A stretch of 64,000 bases of DNA, taken from assembly GCA_051362555.1 (NCBI GenBank), contig CM120648.1, positions 9,110,587-9,174,586 on the forward strand, read 5' to 3'. Every line of letters starts with the position of its first letter. Within the stretch, counting starts at the first letter, position 1. The DNA comes from Lingula anatina. Lineage: Eukaryota > Animalia > Brachiopoda. The notes below the pieces were generated by a model. It had not been told where the DNA came from. It saw nothing but the letters and a program-made list of their open reading frames with translations, and did not search any database. A program made the position numbers and the translations under genes. Below, piece after piece: positions 33,054 through 43,635 of the stretch.

Positions 33054-35100
33054 TTATTTTATTTTATTTTTTTTTATCAATTTGATAAGTAGTGCATTTG
33101 TGTCATTTTAGAATTGAAGAGCAGGCCCCCACCTCAGCCAAAAGTTGTGAGACCGAAGACGCCGCCCAAGCATACAGTGGTGGTAGAACCAGGCCCTGAT
33201 GTGGCAGCTTTAGAGCAAATACTACTGGCTGTTAGGTAAGACCCCCACTTTCTCTTTCTTCTTCTTCTTCTTCTCCTCTCTCTCTCTCTCTCTCTCTCTC
33301 ATTCTTTCAAATAATATCCTAGTAGTATATAAGTATGTTTGTAAATATGTGTTATGCTAACCAAACCCAGTTTTAGAAAGCTGTAAAATTTTATGCGATA
33401 TTTAAAAGAGGACAGTACTATTTGTTTTCGCTCTTAATTTCTTGTTCTCAGAAGTGTTTTGCTGTGATAGTAATTTGAAAATATTCTTTATTTTGTAATA
33501 TTGGTGATATTTTCTAACTTATGGATGGATTTTTGGATTCTTCTGTTATTAGGCGAGAAAACCAGGAATTGAAGAGCAAGCTTCAGGAGCAGCAAGATGT
33601 CATCCTTGCTCTCAGGCGAGACTTGGCAGGTGCTTCAGCCAGGATGTCAGACATGACAGGTAAGTCCAAATTGCAATGTCAGCCAGGACAGGTGAGTCCA
33701 AATCAGAATGTCAGCCATGAAAAGTGAGGTCAACTAAAAATGTCAGAGGTGACGTGAGCCCAAATTCAAACGTCAACTTTGCCCAGCGAGTCTAAATTAG
33801 AGTGTCAGCCAATGACAGGTAACTAGAGATAAAATAGCATATATATATATATATATATATAGGTGTAAAGGACTAAAGAACATTTAAATTAGAGACCAAC
33901 ACAAGACATTTAGTTATTTATAAGTATGTGGTATATCACAGTTAATGTTATTCAAAAGAATAATAATAACCTCTTTACCACTATTAACAATACAATAAAA
34001 TATCCCATTTTGCCATTCCAGGTGAATTAAGTGAGGCTCAGAAGGAGAAACTGGAGCAGAGCACAGTGCAGGTCCAACAGAAGCAAAGAGAACTGGACGA
34101 GGAAAGACAAAAACTAGCCAAAATGTCTGCCATTGTGGACAGTCAGAAAAAGGAAATACAGGACTACTCCAATGAAATGAGGTAATTTTGTGTGGAATGG
34201 ATGATAAACTGATATGCCATTGTTTTGTTTAGTTAGAATAAATAAGTTGAAATTATTAAAATGTGTGTGATGGGTGATGCTTCAAGTGATACAAAGGAGG
34301 ATATTTGTATTCAGAGGCTGGCTTGTTTACACAAGTATAACTGTACTTAAGGTTGAAATCTGTAATAAAAAGACAAAATATGCTTATATAACTGAAAAAA
34401 AACCTTTGAAGCTTACAGCACATTATATAAATATATATAAAGATACTTAAATAGATAAATATTAAATACAAATGAATTAAATAAAATAAAAAAAGAAAAC
34501 AAATGACAAGCTACTTGCTAATAATCTGTGGCCCAACAAAGGAAACAAAGAAAGTAAATTAACAAATGACAAACTACCCCCAATAATATAATAATATGCA
34601 TAAAAATGTGACAGTGCAAGTTACCGCACTTCATTTGAAATAATACATGTTGGCCAGACCCCAATCTAAACTCCTACAAAAACAACATTATATTTATCAA
34701 AAAAAAAAAAAAGTAAATAAATAAAAACCACCTCCAAATATAAACATTAAACTATTAGTGACAATGCAGTATGACATCTGAGAATAAAGGGTGAGCAAAA
34801 CATTGAACTTACAATTTGATGTCCTCTTTTGCACCACTGAATCTTTCTAACTTCTTACTTCTGTGATGTCTGCTGTGTGAATGAACTACTCACTCTCAGT
34901 GGCACTGCCTATTACTGACTGTGGGGGGTGTGGGTCGTACTAAGTGCATAAAGCAAAGGGGTGTAAGGTTATCTGTCCTTTACTATCTCAATATTACAAT
35001 GATGGCAGTGATGGGATGAAACGTGGTGGCAATTTGTCCTGAAACAATTCATTAAGAATAATATAGCAGTGTGAATATAAATGTTTATTGCTTCTATGCT

Positions 35101-35156
<56 letters not shown>

Positions 35157-38100
35157 AAATTTCAAAAAAGAAAAAATATATGAGTATTTCAAAATTCATA
35201 ACTTTTAAATTAATGTAATTCCAGCAAACTGAAGTCCCAGTTGAACAAGTTGAAGACAGAGACAAGTGATAAAAACTCTCAGGTCCAGGAGCTGGAGCTG
35301 GCTCTGACCAGGGAAAAAGATGAACAAAAGAAACAGCTCAGCTTGGTAGAGGAAGAGGTAAAAATTGTCCTCCTTTTAGTTATTAATTTGCTTTTTTTCT
35401 TGCTCAAATTTTTTCTCGGGTTTGGAGAAATGTTTTCATTTGAGGCAACTTTTAAAAAGCAGAACAATTAAGATTAAGAAGACTCTGGTCCCTTCAATGC
35501 AGTGTTGGCGTGCTTTAACACTTGTAATCTTGTTGTCAAGTTGCATTTTCTTTATTCTTAATTTCCAGGGTCGCATAACCTCAGAGCTGACATCCTATGG
35601 TGCTCAATGTAGAGGTGAGAGACATGAGCAGGTCATCGCCAGGCAGAGAGAGGCTCTGGCAGAGCTCAGGCAGCGCATCAAATCTCTGGAACAAGTCAGA
35701 CCACCAGGTGGGGCTGGAAGCATGAATGTTCGTTCATGTGTCCTGGGTTTATAATTCTTTTGATTATTGAACTGGGCACTTGAAAGCAGTCAGTAATTGT
35801 TCCTAAAATTAACATTTTTATACATATACATGCAAAATTGTCAAATTTTTATCCATTTGAGACAATTATGAATGCTATTTTGAGCCCAGTTTTATCTATT
35901 CATATCGACTAATATGAAGTAACAATTAGAATTAAAAAAAAAAAACAGCTAACTTAAGTGTGTTGTTTATTACTAATGAATGTGTTGAAATTAATTCTTT
36001 AAATACAACAAAGAACCTGGTTACAATTTCACTTTTCAGTTTTGCATATTTGTAACATCCTAGACCTACTCTTTTTTTAATAACATGCCATCACTAACAT
36101 CTAGCAGCATAATCATGCTCTGCCCTTTTCAGGGCCCCCGTTTCACACTTAAGTCTTTATTTTCAATCCAAGTGCTGTTGGCTTTGACTCTGTCTTTGCT
36201 TAAGTGACAAAATGGCTTTTAAACATTATATTTTCCAGTTAAGGCTGAATACTTGCTGAAGCACACCCAAATAAGCATCCTGCATTTTCTTTTGTGTTAA
36301 ATACGCATGCTAATTCTTGCTTATTTTGTTTTTAGTGAAAGGGCAATTCAAACATATCAACTTTATTACTTATTTTCATATGCCATCTTAAAGTCATTTT
36401 GTTTGTTTCTCTGACATCTGTTTCTTATATTTTAGGATTATTTAGGCAAGCTGAGTGTACTGTTTTTTCATTTGTCTTTTTCCAACAATTTGGAAAACAG
36501 TATTACAAAACAGTACTTAACAGTAGTTTTGTGTATCTTGCAGGCTGTGCTTTTTAGTTTTCACCTTTTGCCTTTTTTACGGCTATAGCAGACTGAAAAC
36601 TTTACATGTGTCATATGAAACTTTTATGTGTCTTTATGTATCTTCCTGATGTTTAGGTCTAGCCTTTGGGTATGATCCATATGATATCTGCCTTATCTAT
36701 CAAGTCTTGCGGATTCATCTGAATATTTTAGTATACATGTCTCTACCTGCTTTGAACACAGCTTTCAATGTTTTTTGTTTTTCTTCATGAGTTCCTGTTT
36801 AATTTACCTGAATCAGTTAACTCTAATTATAATAATGGAAAATCTGTTCTTTACCTTATATCCCAACCCACATTTTCCATCAAGCTTTTTGTGTTTGATT
36901 CACTGCCTGCATGACCCTTCACTCTATTTTTTCTCTTATATGTAACATTCATGTGGATAGATCTTTTACCAGTCTTAAACCAGTTTGATTGACAGCCATC
37001 TAGATTAAAAACTAAATAAATAACAACAAAGAAACAAGTACAAACAATCATGAAGCTATTATTAATACTTTTTTTGGTTGGAGACAGTATTATCACCTTG
37101 CCTGATGATATCAGTTACACTGGTTTAGAACTGGCTTCACTTTCTCCCTAAGACCAATCCTTTTTGACCCAATCACCAAACATCAGTAATCCCCCTAACA
37201 CTTATTATTATTTTTTTTACTAATCCCTCTGAACCCAGGATTTGGCATGGCACCCCCGAGCACATGTGGCAGTGGTCTAGGTATGAACATCACCAAAGTG
37301 CCCTCCAGTCCCGCCCTGACTTCCTACCCCGCTGGTAACTCTGGCGGTGGGTCTTCAGGTCAGAAGCGCGTTGGTTATGGAGGTGGTGGTGGTGGTGGTG
37401 CTAGTAGCAACAGCCCATTACCCATTGGAAGTAGCAGTAGTATACACACAACACATCAGAATAGATCCCAGATGCAAAATGGCCATGGAGGGGGTGTGGC
37501 TGGCATTCTGGGTGGGGGTGGGGGTGCGGGTGGATACGGTGGGAGAAATAGCCCCAAGAACCCCACCCCTCCCATCGGAAACGGCCCTAATTCTGCTGCT
37601 GGTATGCACCGCTCCGTGTCTTACGGTGGGTCTACTGTCAATGGTTATGGTGGTGGTGGCAGCGGTGGGATGAGTAGTGGTTATGGTGGTGGCAGCGGTG
37701 GGATGAGTAGTGGTTTTGGCGGTGGCAGCGGTGGGATTAGTGGTGCCAGTAGTTCAGGCTTCAATATAAGTAGCAACAATGCTGGTAGCCCTAGCTTCGC
37801 ACAAACCAGTGTCTTAGATTTGATTGATAATGGTCAAGGTAATTCAGATGTGGTGATGCGAATGGAGAGCAGTTTGTTTAGTTCCACTTATGTCTGCATG
37901 TTTGTTATTTTTTATTTTAATGAAACCTTTCCTGTTGATTATCGTGAGTGAATATATATCATGAATGAATCAGATTATTTACTTTTCAGCTGTTATTTTG
38001 TATTGAAGAGCTTGTTTATTTGATTTTGTGTCTTTTTGACTAATATTGCTTTTTTACTGCATGCATGTTTTGGTGCTTTCAGATGCATAACAATAATGTA

Positions 38101-41100
38101 CTAACTTCTTTTCCTCATTACTAATTTTTTTCCCTATTTTCAGGCTTTACACACTAGTTTGCTTTCATCTGTTGTAGATTATTTATGTCAAAATGATTTG
38201 TACATGATTTAAAAACAACAGAATTTCTTATGTACAAAACACTGATTAATATTTGAATGAGATTTTTCACAATTGGATGAAAGTCTTCCAATAATCAATG
38301 CATGGCATGATACTGACATGTAGGCTTGTTAATTTTGTCCACCGTATTTGTAGATATTATAAGAATATAATATGTTAGATGACAAGTATTTTGAAGTTAG
38401 AATTGACATGTGTTATATTGTTGCAGTGGACCACCTGTAGTAAACAATTTAAAGATCTACTTACTTTTAGCCTGTGACGACATCATTAAAACTTGTTCGG
38501 TAACTCTCCCAATAAATGGCACCCACAGTTTATCAGCCAATTAATTTGTTCTCACATACATTGATCATTTTGTTCTGTCTTATTCCAGTACCCACTCATG
38601 ACCAAGCCTTACAACAGGTGGCGCTGTTGAAGAAGGAGCTGGCCGAGCTAAGAGCCAATCAGGCGCTGGCAGAGGACAAACATATCATGGCAAGCACGTC
38701 ATTGGATCGGCAAGTGAGCAAGGCGCGGGGGATCATCCACAGCGTCAATGCCGAGGCAGATATCGAGAAGAGTGCACACAGGGAGACTATGGATGCCTTG
38801 GACGATAGCGAGAATTCGGTATGTGTTTATTAGGTGGCTTTTACTCTGTGATTTTTAATATTTTAATTTTTTCTTCAAGTTTGTAATAGCTTTTTAGCTG
38901 CAGTGCAATCAAGTCAATATAGATTATAACATTAATTTACTTTGTATTAAACTTCATCTTCTTACATTTTGCAAACCAATGCTTATACAATCTGCTGCAA
39001 GTTTTGTTAGGTTTGAATTCCCCCCCCCCCCCCCCCCTTTTTTTTTTGAGATAAATTAGATGCAGATATTTTAGTTTTGTTAGTTACTCTTTGACCACAG
39101 TCAAGAGATGGTGTAAATTTGACTCACTTTTGATATGAAATTGTTCAATTCACTCACAGGATCATAATAATCAGTAAGGTCATTGATATTTTAAAACTTA
39201 ATATTGATGAAATTTCAGTATCTTACCCTGCTCCGTGCTATAGCCAGTTCCCTTGAGATGGAGGAGGTCAAAGGGCTCCGTTCCATGTCGCACATTCCAA
39301 AAGACGAGCGCCGTAAATTGTACGACGATCGTGAAAAGTCATGCGAAATGCTGGCCAGTCGAATTAAAGTTTTGAAGGAAAGAATAGCGAGGAAGGATGA
39401 ACTTTTACAAACTTATGAAAGAGACTTAGCGAGGTTACGGCAAGCAGAGCAGTTGGCCGAGAAGAAGAACGCACAAGTAGAAAGTTTAACTGTGAGTAGA
39501 AGTATAACACAACATTTTTTCTATAATAAACCATAGTCAGAGTCATAAAGGTCCTCTTCCACCCTTTATCCATATTTTTTTAATAGGTTTGATCTTGTGA
39601 ACAATGTATTATCTACATGATAAATCTTTTTAAATGTAGACCTTAATTTTCTTGTCTGGCAGTGGAAAATATTGTTCATTTGTTATAATTAGCTTTCATT
39701 GTCTCATACGGCAACTGGGCTGTATCCTCCCCAGGGAGGGTAGAGCGCCAGCAACCAGTTTGTATCAAGGCCAATAATGACCAAGCATCCTATGTAAACA
39801 TGGAGTGTGGTACACAAGAACTGTACTTTACTTTATATTATATATTTGAAAAGAAAATGATTAAAAATTGGTTTTGTTCCAGAATGATGTGATAAGTAAA
39901 CTAGATGAGACTCAGTATCTGAGGGAGTCCCTGAACAGAACCAGAGACAGACTGGACCAGGAGAAGAGGCTCAACTCTGCAATAAAACAGAAAAAGGTGA
40001 GACTGAAGTAGACTTAATTCACTAATAGGTTTTTTTTTTACTGAACAGAAAATCATTTTGCAGACTGATGGTTTTCCATGAATCCAAGTAGTCTGCCTTC
40101 TAAATGACAAGGTTCAAATGTAAATTCAGTTACCATACTAGAAATCTTAAACTTTCGAAACTTTTTTTTAAAAGTTTACAAAGTTTAACCTTATCAGTAA
40201 AGAATCAACTTGTAATTAAATGGGTGGACATTAGTCTTCTTCAATTTGTCAGTTTTTTTTCAAGAGATTATGACCTTGTCTATCATATCAACTGTACAGA
40301 TGATATTGTAATCATGATAAGGCAAACACATTTTGCAACCAGACCCAAACTAAATTTCAAAAATTCAATAGCACATTTTCAGCATGGTATACTTCATAAT
40401 TGTACCACCAGCGTTAGCGCTGGCGGTACACATGGTTTCGGTCCCGTCCGGATCGTTCCGCCGGCTCCGCCGGACGGCTACCGTTACCGCTTCTCCTCCT
40501 AGACGGTAAGGGCCCCCGTACCCATCTCATGGATTTAGGTCACCTATAATCTCAACTCCTTCCACGTAAAATTTGGGCTTTGTCGGTATTGGGGTCTGGG
40601 TGTGGCACTCATTGCAATGCACCCTTGTCTAAAAATGGCAAAATTAAATGCTAATTATCTACCCTACGGAAGGAGTTATGGGAAAAATTTCTATAGACGG
40701 CTTTCCAAAAGTCATATGTGTAGATTTCAAATATACCCTTGGATTTGACCTTTGACCTCTACTTCAAGGTCAAATGGGCCAAAATTTTCAAAAAAATGAA
40801 ATTTTTTACGAAAAAAAATTTTTTTGCCCTGTTATTCAGACACCACACAGACTTAACCAATAATATTATTGGAAAGTGTTACCCTTCAGGTCATCTTTCA
40901 TCTCCATGAATTTGGGGTCAATCGGTGCATTTTCACGGGAGTAGCGGCCATAAGATACCGAAACTGAAAACTGTCTCTAATTCGGGAACCGATAATGCTA
41001 GAGACCCATTCTTTTTTGCATTTTGTAGAGCATGTAAAGCCCAACACTGGAGGTGGTCTCGTTTTTTTTGTATTCCATACGGTTTTCGAGTTACGCTGTA

Positions 41101-43635
41101 TCAAAAAGTACATATTGGTGGTAAAAGCAAAATGTGCAGTACGGTAATGGATAATAAATTTTGAACTCTGGAAAAATAAAACATAAGGCTTGGCAAAGCA
41201 GACAACTTGTGTTCAAAAATGACATTATTTCATCAAATTTGAACTTCTGAAACTTCAGAGCACCTCCTATTTCAAGAATTTTGACCAAAATGACATTTTC
41301 TTTATTTTGATTAATTTTTTCTGTACGAAATTTAAGGCACATTATGGTAACTCCAAAATTATAACATCTAGTCCCTTATATCTCCAAAACTGGCAGAGAT
41401 AGGTCCATAGTTACTATTGAAGTTGAATAGGAAGTCATATACTGGCAATCTTACTATGACCTTGAAATTGACCTTTGACCTACTTTTCACCATGAACTGA
41501 ACTTTGCAAATTTTTCTTCCCTTTTATCTCCAAAACTGGCAGAGATAGGTCCATAGTTACTATTGAACTTGAATAGGAAGTCATATACTGGCAATCTAAA
41601 TGTGACCTTTAAATTGACCTTTGACCTACTTTACACCATGAACTGAATTTTGCAAATTTTGCTTTCCTTTTATCTCCAAAACTGGCAGAGATAGGTCCGT
41701 AGTTACTATTGAACTTGAATAGGAAGTCATATACTGGCAATCTATATGTGACATTATAATTGACCTTTGACCTACTTTTCACCATGAACTGAATTTTGCA
41801 AATTTTGCTTTCCTTTTATCTCCAAAACTGGCTGAGATAGGTCCATAGTTACTATTGAACTTGAATAGGAAGTCATATACTGGCAATCTAAATGTGACCT
41901 TGAAATTGACCTTTGACCTACTTTTCACCATAAACTGAACTTTGCAAAATTTGCTTCCCTTTTATCTCCAAAACTGGCAGAGATAGGTCCATAGTTACTA
42001 TTGAACTTGAATAGGAAGTCATATACTGGCAATCTAAATGTGACCTTAAAATTGACCTTTGTCCTACTTTTCACCATAAACTGAATTTTGCAAATTTTGC
42101 TTCCCTTTTATCTCCAAAACTGGCTGAGATAGGTCCATAGTTACTATTGAAGTTGAATAGGAAGTCCTATACTGGCAATCTAAGTGTGACCTTGAAATTG
42201 ACCTTTGACCTACTTTTTATCATGAACTGAACTCTGTTTATTTCTTTCTCTTTTAACTTCAAACTTGACAGAGATAGGTCCATAGTTACTCTTGAACTTG
42301 AATAGGAAGTCATATACTGGCAATTTACTGTGACCTTGAAATTGACCCTTGACCTACCTTACGAAGAACTTAAATTTGATTGTACCATATAAATTTTTTG
42401 CAATGGTTTAAAAATTCTTGTTGATTGCATTTTTACAGCTTGTCAAGCACAAAACTGGTGGCTGTGTCCCTTATTTTGTATATGTGGGGGTCTATACGAA
42501 TGCGTTTGCTCCAGCTGGTGGTACAATATTTGGAGGCGGTATCGCCTCTCTGATCCTCTAGTTTTGTACGAGTTCTTCAAATTGAATGAATTTTCCACTA
42601 AGTTTTATTTTTCCCCCTTGTAGACCTACCACATGGAGAATGAGAAGCCAGAACCAAAGTGGTCCAAACACAGGTGTCCCCCAGATGACATCTTTGGCAA
42701 GGTAAGCTGTTGAATCCGTCACTCTGATATCCCAAAGGATGGACCTGATATTTCAAATGCCTGTGAGCTTTAATGAGGGTCTCATTCAAGGGAAAGGGGG
42801 GGGGGGGGGGGATTGTGATCACAGTTCACAAGAAATTTTATTATTAATTCACAAATCACAGTAGGTAAAATCTTATTCATATCTCACTGATAATGTGTTC
42901 TGATATTCCTGAAAATCAGAAAAATCAGAAAGCAAGTGCTACATTTAATTCCTACAAGATAATCAACAAAAAGCATACAGCTGTCAGAAGAGGAGAGGCA
43001 TTCTCTAGATTTGAACAAACAAAATTTTACAATTGGAGATATATAATTTGTTGAGAATTGTAGATTTATAATTCAGTTGTTGATTGTGTTAACTTTATAG
43101 TTTTGTGCTTTTGTTTAATATGCAGAAATAGCAGTTGGGTGTGAACCATTTTGTATATTTTTTGTATATGAACAGAAAGCAGCCAAAGAGAGAGCACACA
43201 GAGAAAAAGTAAAGAGGAAAAATTACGAGATGAGAGCTCTCAAAGGTGAACTTACGGAAAGGGACCGGGAGCTGGTCCAGGCCTCGAGGAGAATCCATGA
43301 CTTAGAAACTAGTCTGGTGAGGGGAATTTTTGTCTTTAACTGACTAAGCCCAGATATATGATCATTTGTTTGGGCTTGTAATAGAGAGGGTGTCCTCTAT
43401 TTACATGCTGTTAAAAGGAAAATGTTAAATATCGATATTCGAAATGTTTCTTTTTTCAAGATTTACACATTATTGAAGGAAAAAGTCTTCAAAATATTGA
43501 TATTTGAAATTTGATAGGTATTTATTTTCTTCTGTTATAACCTGGCTACAAATCACACTGGAAAGGGTATCTTATTTGCCTTCTTTTTGTAAATTTTAGG
43601 GACTTGACAGTGAAGAGTTCGTGGATGTGGAGTAA
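15701..43635 (+). CDS. FHAD1: Forkhead-associated domain-containing protein 1 (FHA domain + long coiled coil), ~1348 aa, ~1548 aa with the cassette exon
   Basis: Exons 15701-15793 (MKGYLKGPEGVFLLAPKVTTVGREGCDL), 19460-19669 (FHA: QHAVIEY..LQDLNTATGTYVN..LAPGDVVRFG), 21170-21452, 21784-21854, 22262-22495, 22873-23025, 24534-24626, 25679-25756, 26062-26274, 26979-27218, 27562-27760, 28036-28224, 28861-28988, 30824-30913, 32289-32526, 33112-33235, 33553-33659, 34022-34181, 35225-35357, 35569-35707, [37239-37838], 38589-38818, 39219-39491, 39883-39996, 42624-42701, 43176-43316, 43600-43635. Phases join into one ORF; the N-terminus resembles human FHAD1 as recalled. Confidence 0.88.
16379..17047. 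mobile_element. 669-bp non-autonomous DNA transposon with ~77-bp TIRs and 8-bp TSD (hAT/P-like)
   Basis: TIR CACCCTGAGCTTCAGAGCTAACTTGACACTAACC...GTCAAGTAACCTCTGAC; TSD CCATTACT at 16371-16378 and 17048-17055. Confidence 0.88.
17125..17340. mobile_element. ~200-bp fold-back element, same family as 13130-13340
   Basis: Shared core GCTTAAATGTCYGTCCCGCCTACTAAAAGCTGYAAGGGGGTAATTAAC; inverted ends ATTCCCATAGATATTT / AAATCTTTGGGAAT. Confidence 0.7.
17345..17557 (-). mobile_element. Degraded 3' fragment of an RTE-like LINE
   Basis: Translation RWTEHV..ITRATMRWAQQGKGREKGPRKP resembles the RW.GHV..RW.P.GKR.RGRP C-terminus of RTE ORFs. Confidence 0.45.
18385..18721. mobile_element. Kolobok-like MITE, 337 bp
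   Basis: Same TIRs, TTAG/TTAA flanks, opposite orientation to 11187-11523. Confidence 0.85.
18895..18960 (+). CDS. FHAD1: Candidate alternative first coding exon of FHAD1 (MPVTTPDYFLDYDYFPDSYSFK)
   Basis: aaaccATG context, 22 open codons, AAG|GTAC phase-0 donor compatible with exon 19460; GTCGCGAC palindrome just upstream. Confidence 0.4.
20958..20971. promoter_or_regulatory. RFX X-box
   Basis: GTTGCCATGGAAAC matches the X-box consensus GTNRCC-AT-RGNAAC. Confidence 0.6.
23557..23570. promoter_or_regulatory. RFX X-box
   Basis: GTTGCCATGGTAAC, near-perfect palindrome. Confidence 0.6.
25790..25980. mobile_element. Diverged fold-back element
   Basis: Inverted arms TGGGTCAGTTCAGCTCTGTGGGGGATCTT..AGTGCAATCAGCTTAA / TTAAGCTGAT..TGATTGCACT..AAGAATCCCCGCAGGGTTGAACCAACCCA. 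Confidence 0.55.
26420..26781. mobile_element. MITE with CAGACATGCTGAAA TIRs and 7-bp TSD
   Basis: TIR CAGACATGCTGAAA / TTTCAGCATGTCTG; GTTAACC at 26413-26419 and 26782-26788. Confidence 0.75.
33643..33824 (+). repeat. ~32-bp tandem repeat spanning a FHAD1 5' splice site
   Basis: ATGTCAGMCANGACAG|GTRAGTCCAAAT units, 5-6 degenerate copies. Confidence 0.75.
35106..35153. repeat. (TG)n microsatellite
   Basis: Direct reading. Confidence 0.9.
37239..37838 (+). CDS. FHAD1: Putative 600-nt Gly/Ser-rich cassette exon of FHAD1
   Basis: Branch-like TACTAAT, CAG acceptor at 37238 and AAG|GTAATT donor at 37838. Phase 1-1, no stop, in frame with both flanking exons. Confidence 0.7.
39705..39845 (+). 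mobile_element. Possible SINE 3' fragment
   Basis: GC-richer island (GGCTGTATCCTCCCCAGGGAG...) ending in a TACTT/TTA simple-repeat tail. Confidence 0.3.
40394..42561 (+). mobile_element. Helentron-associated non-autonomous element (HINE/DINE-1-like) with internal tandem array
   Basis: Subterminal IR ATTGTACCACCAGC (40399) / GCTGGTGGTACAAT (42514); 5' fold-back partner GCTGGCGGTACA (40419); 3' hairpin GAGGCG-GTAT-CGCCTC (42533-42548) followed by CTAG and a T-run; no TSD seen. Confidence 0.8.
41375..42360. repeat. 146-bp tandem repeat, ~6.8 copies
   Basis: TCTCCAAAACTGGC recurs at 41381, 41527, 41673, 41819, 41965, 42111, with a degenerate copy at ~42257. Confidence 0.95.

Noticed and set aside
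36100-36460. Possible microexons upstream of the Gly-rich cassette
   Set aside because: Acceptor-like sites exist but no convincing in-phase GT donor could be assigned.
37247-37951. 234-aa Gly-rich ORF as an independent single-exon gene
   Set aside because: It is bounded by in-phase splice sites within FHAD1, and the ORF tail after 37838 is intron-like; a cassette exon is more parsimonious.
41375-42360. Regular repeat array as a CRISPR array
   Set aside because: Units are contiguous 146-bp near-identical monomers with no unique spacers, no cas genes, and a eukaryotic intronic context.
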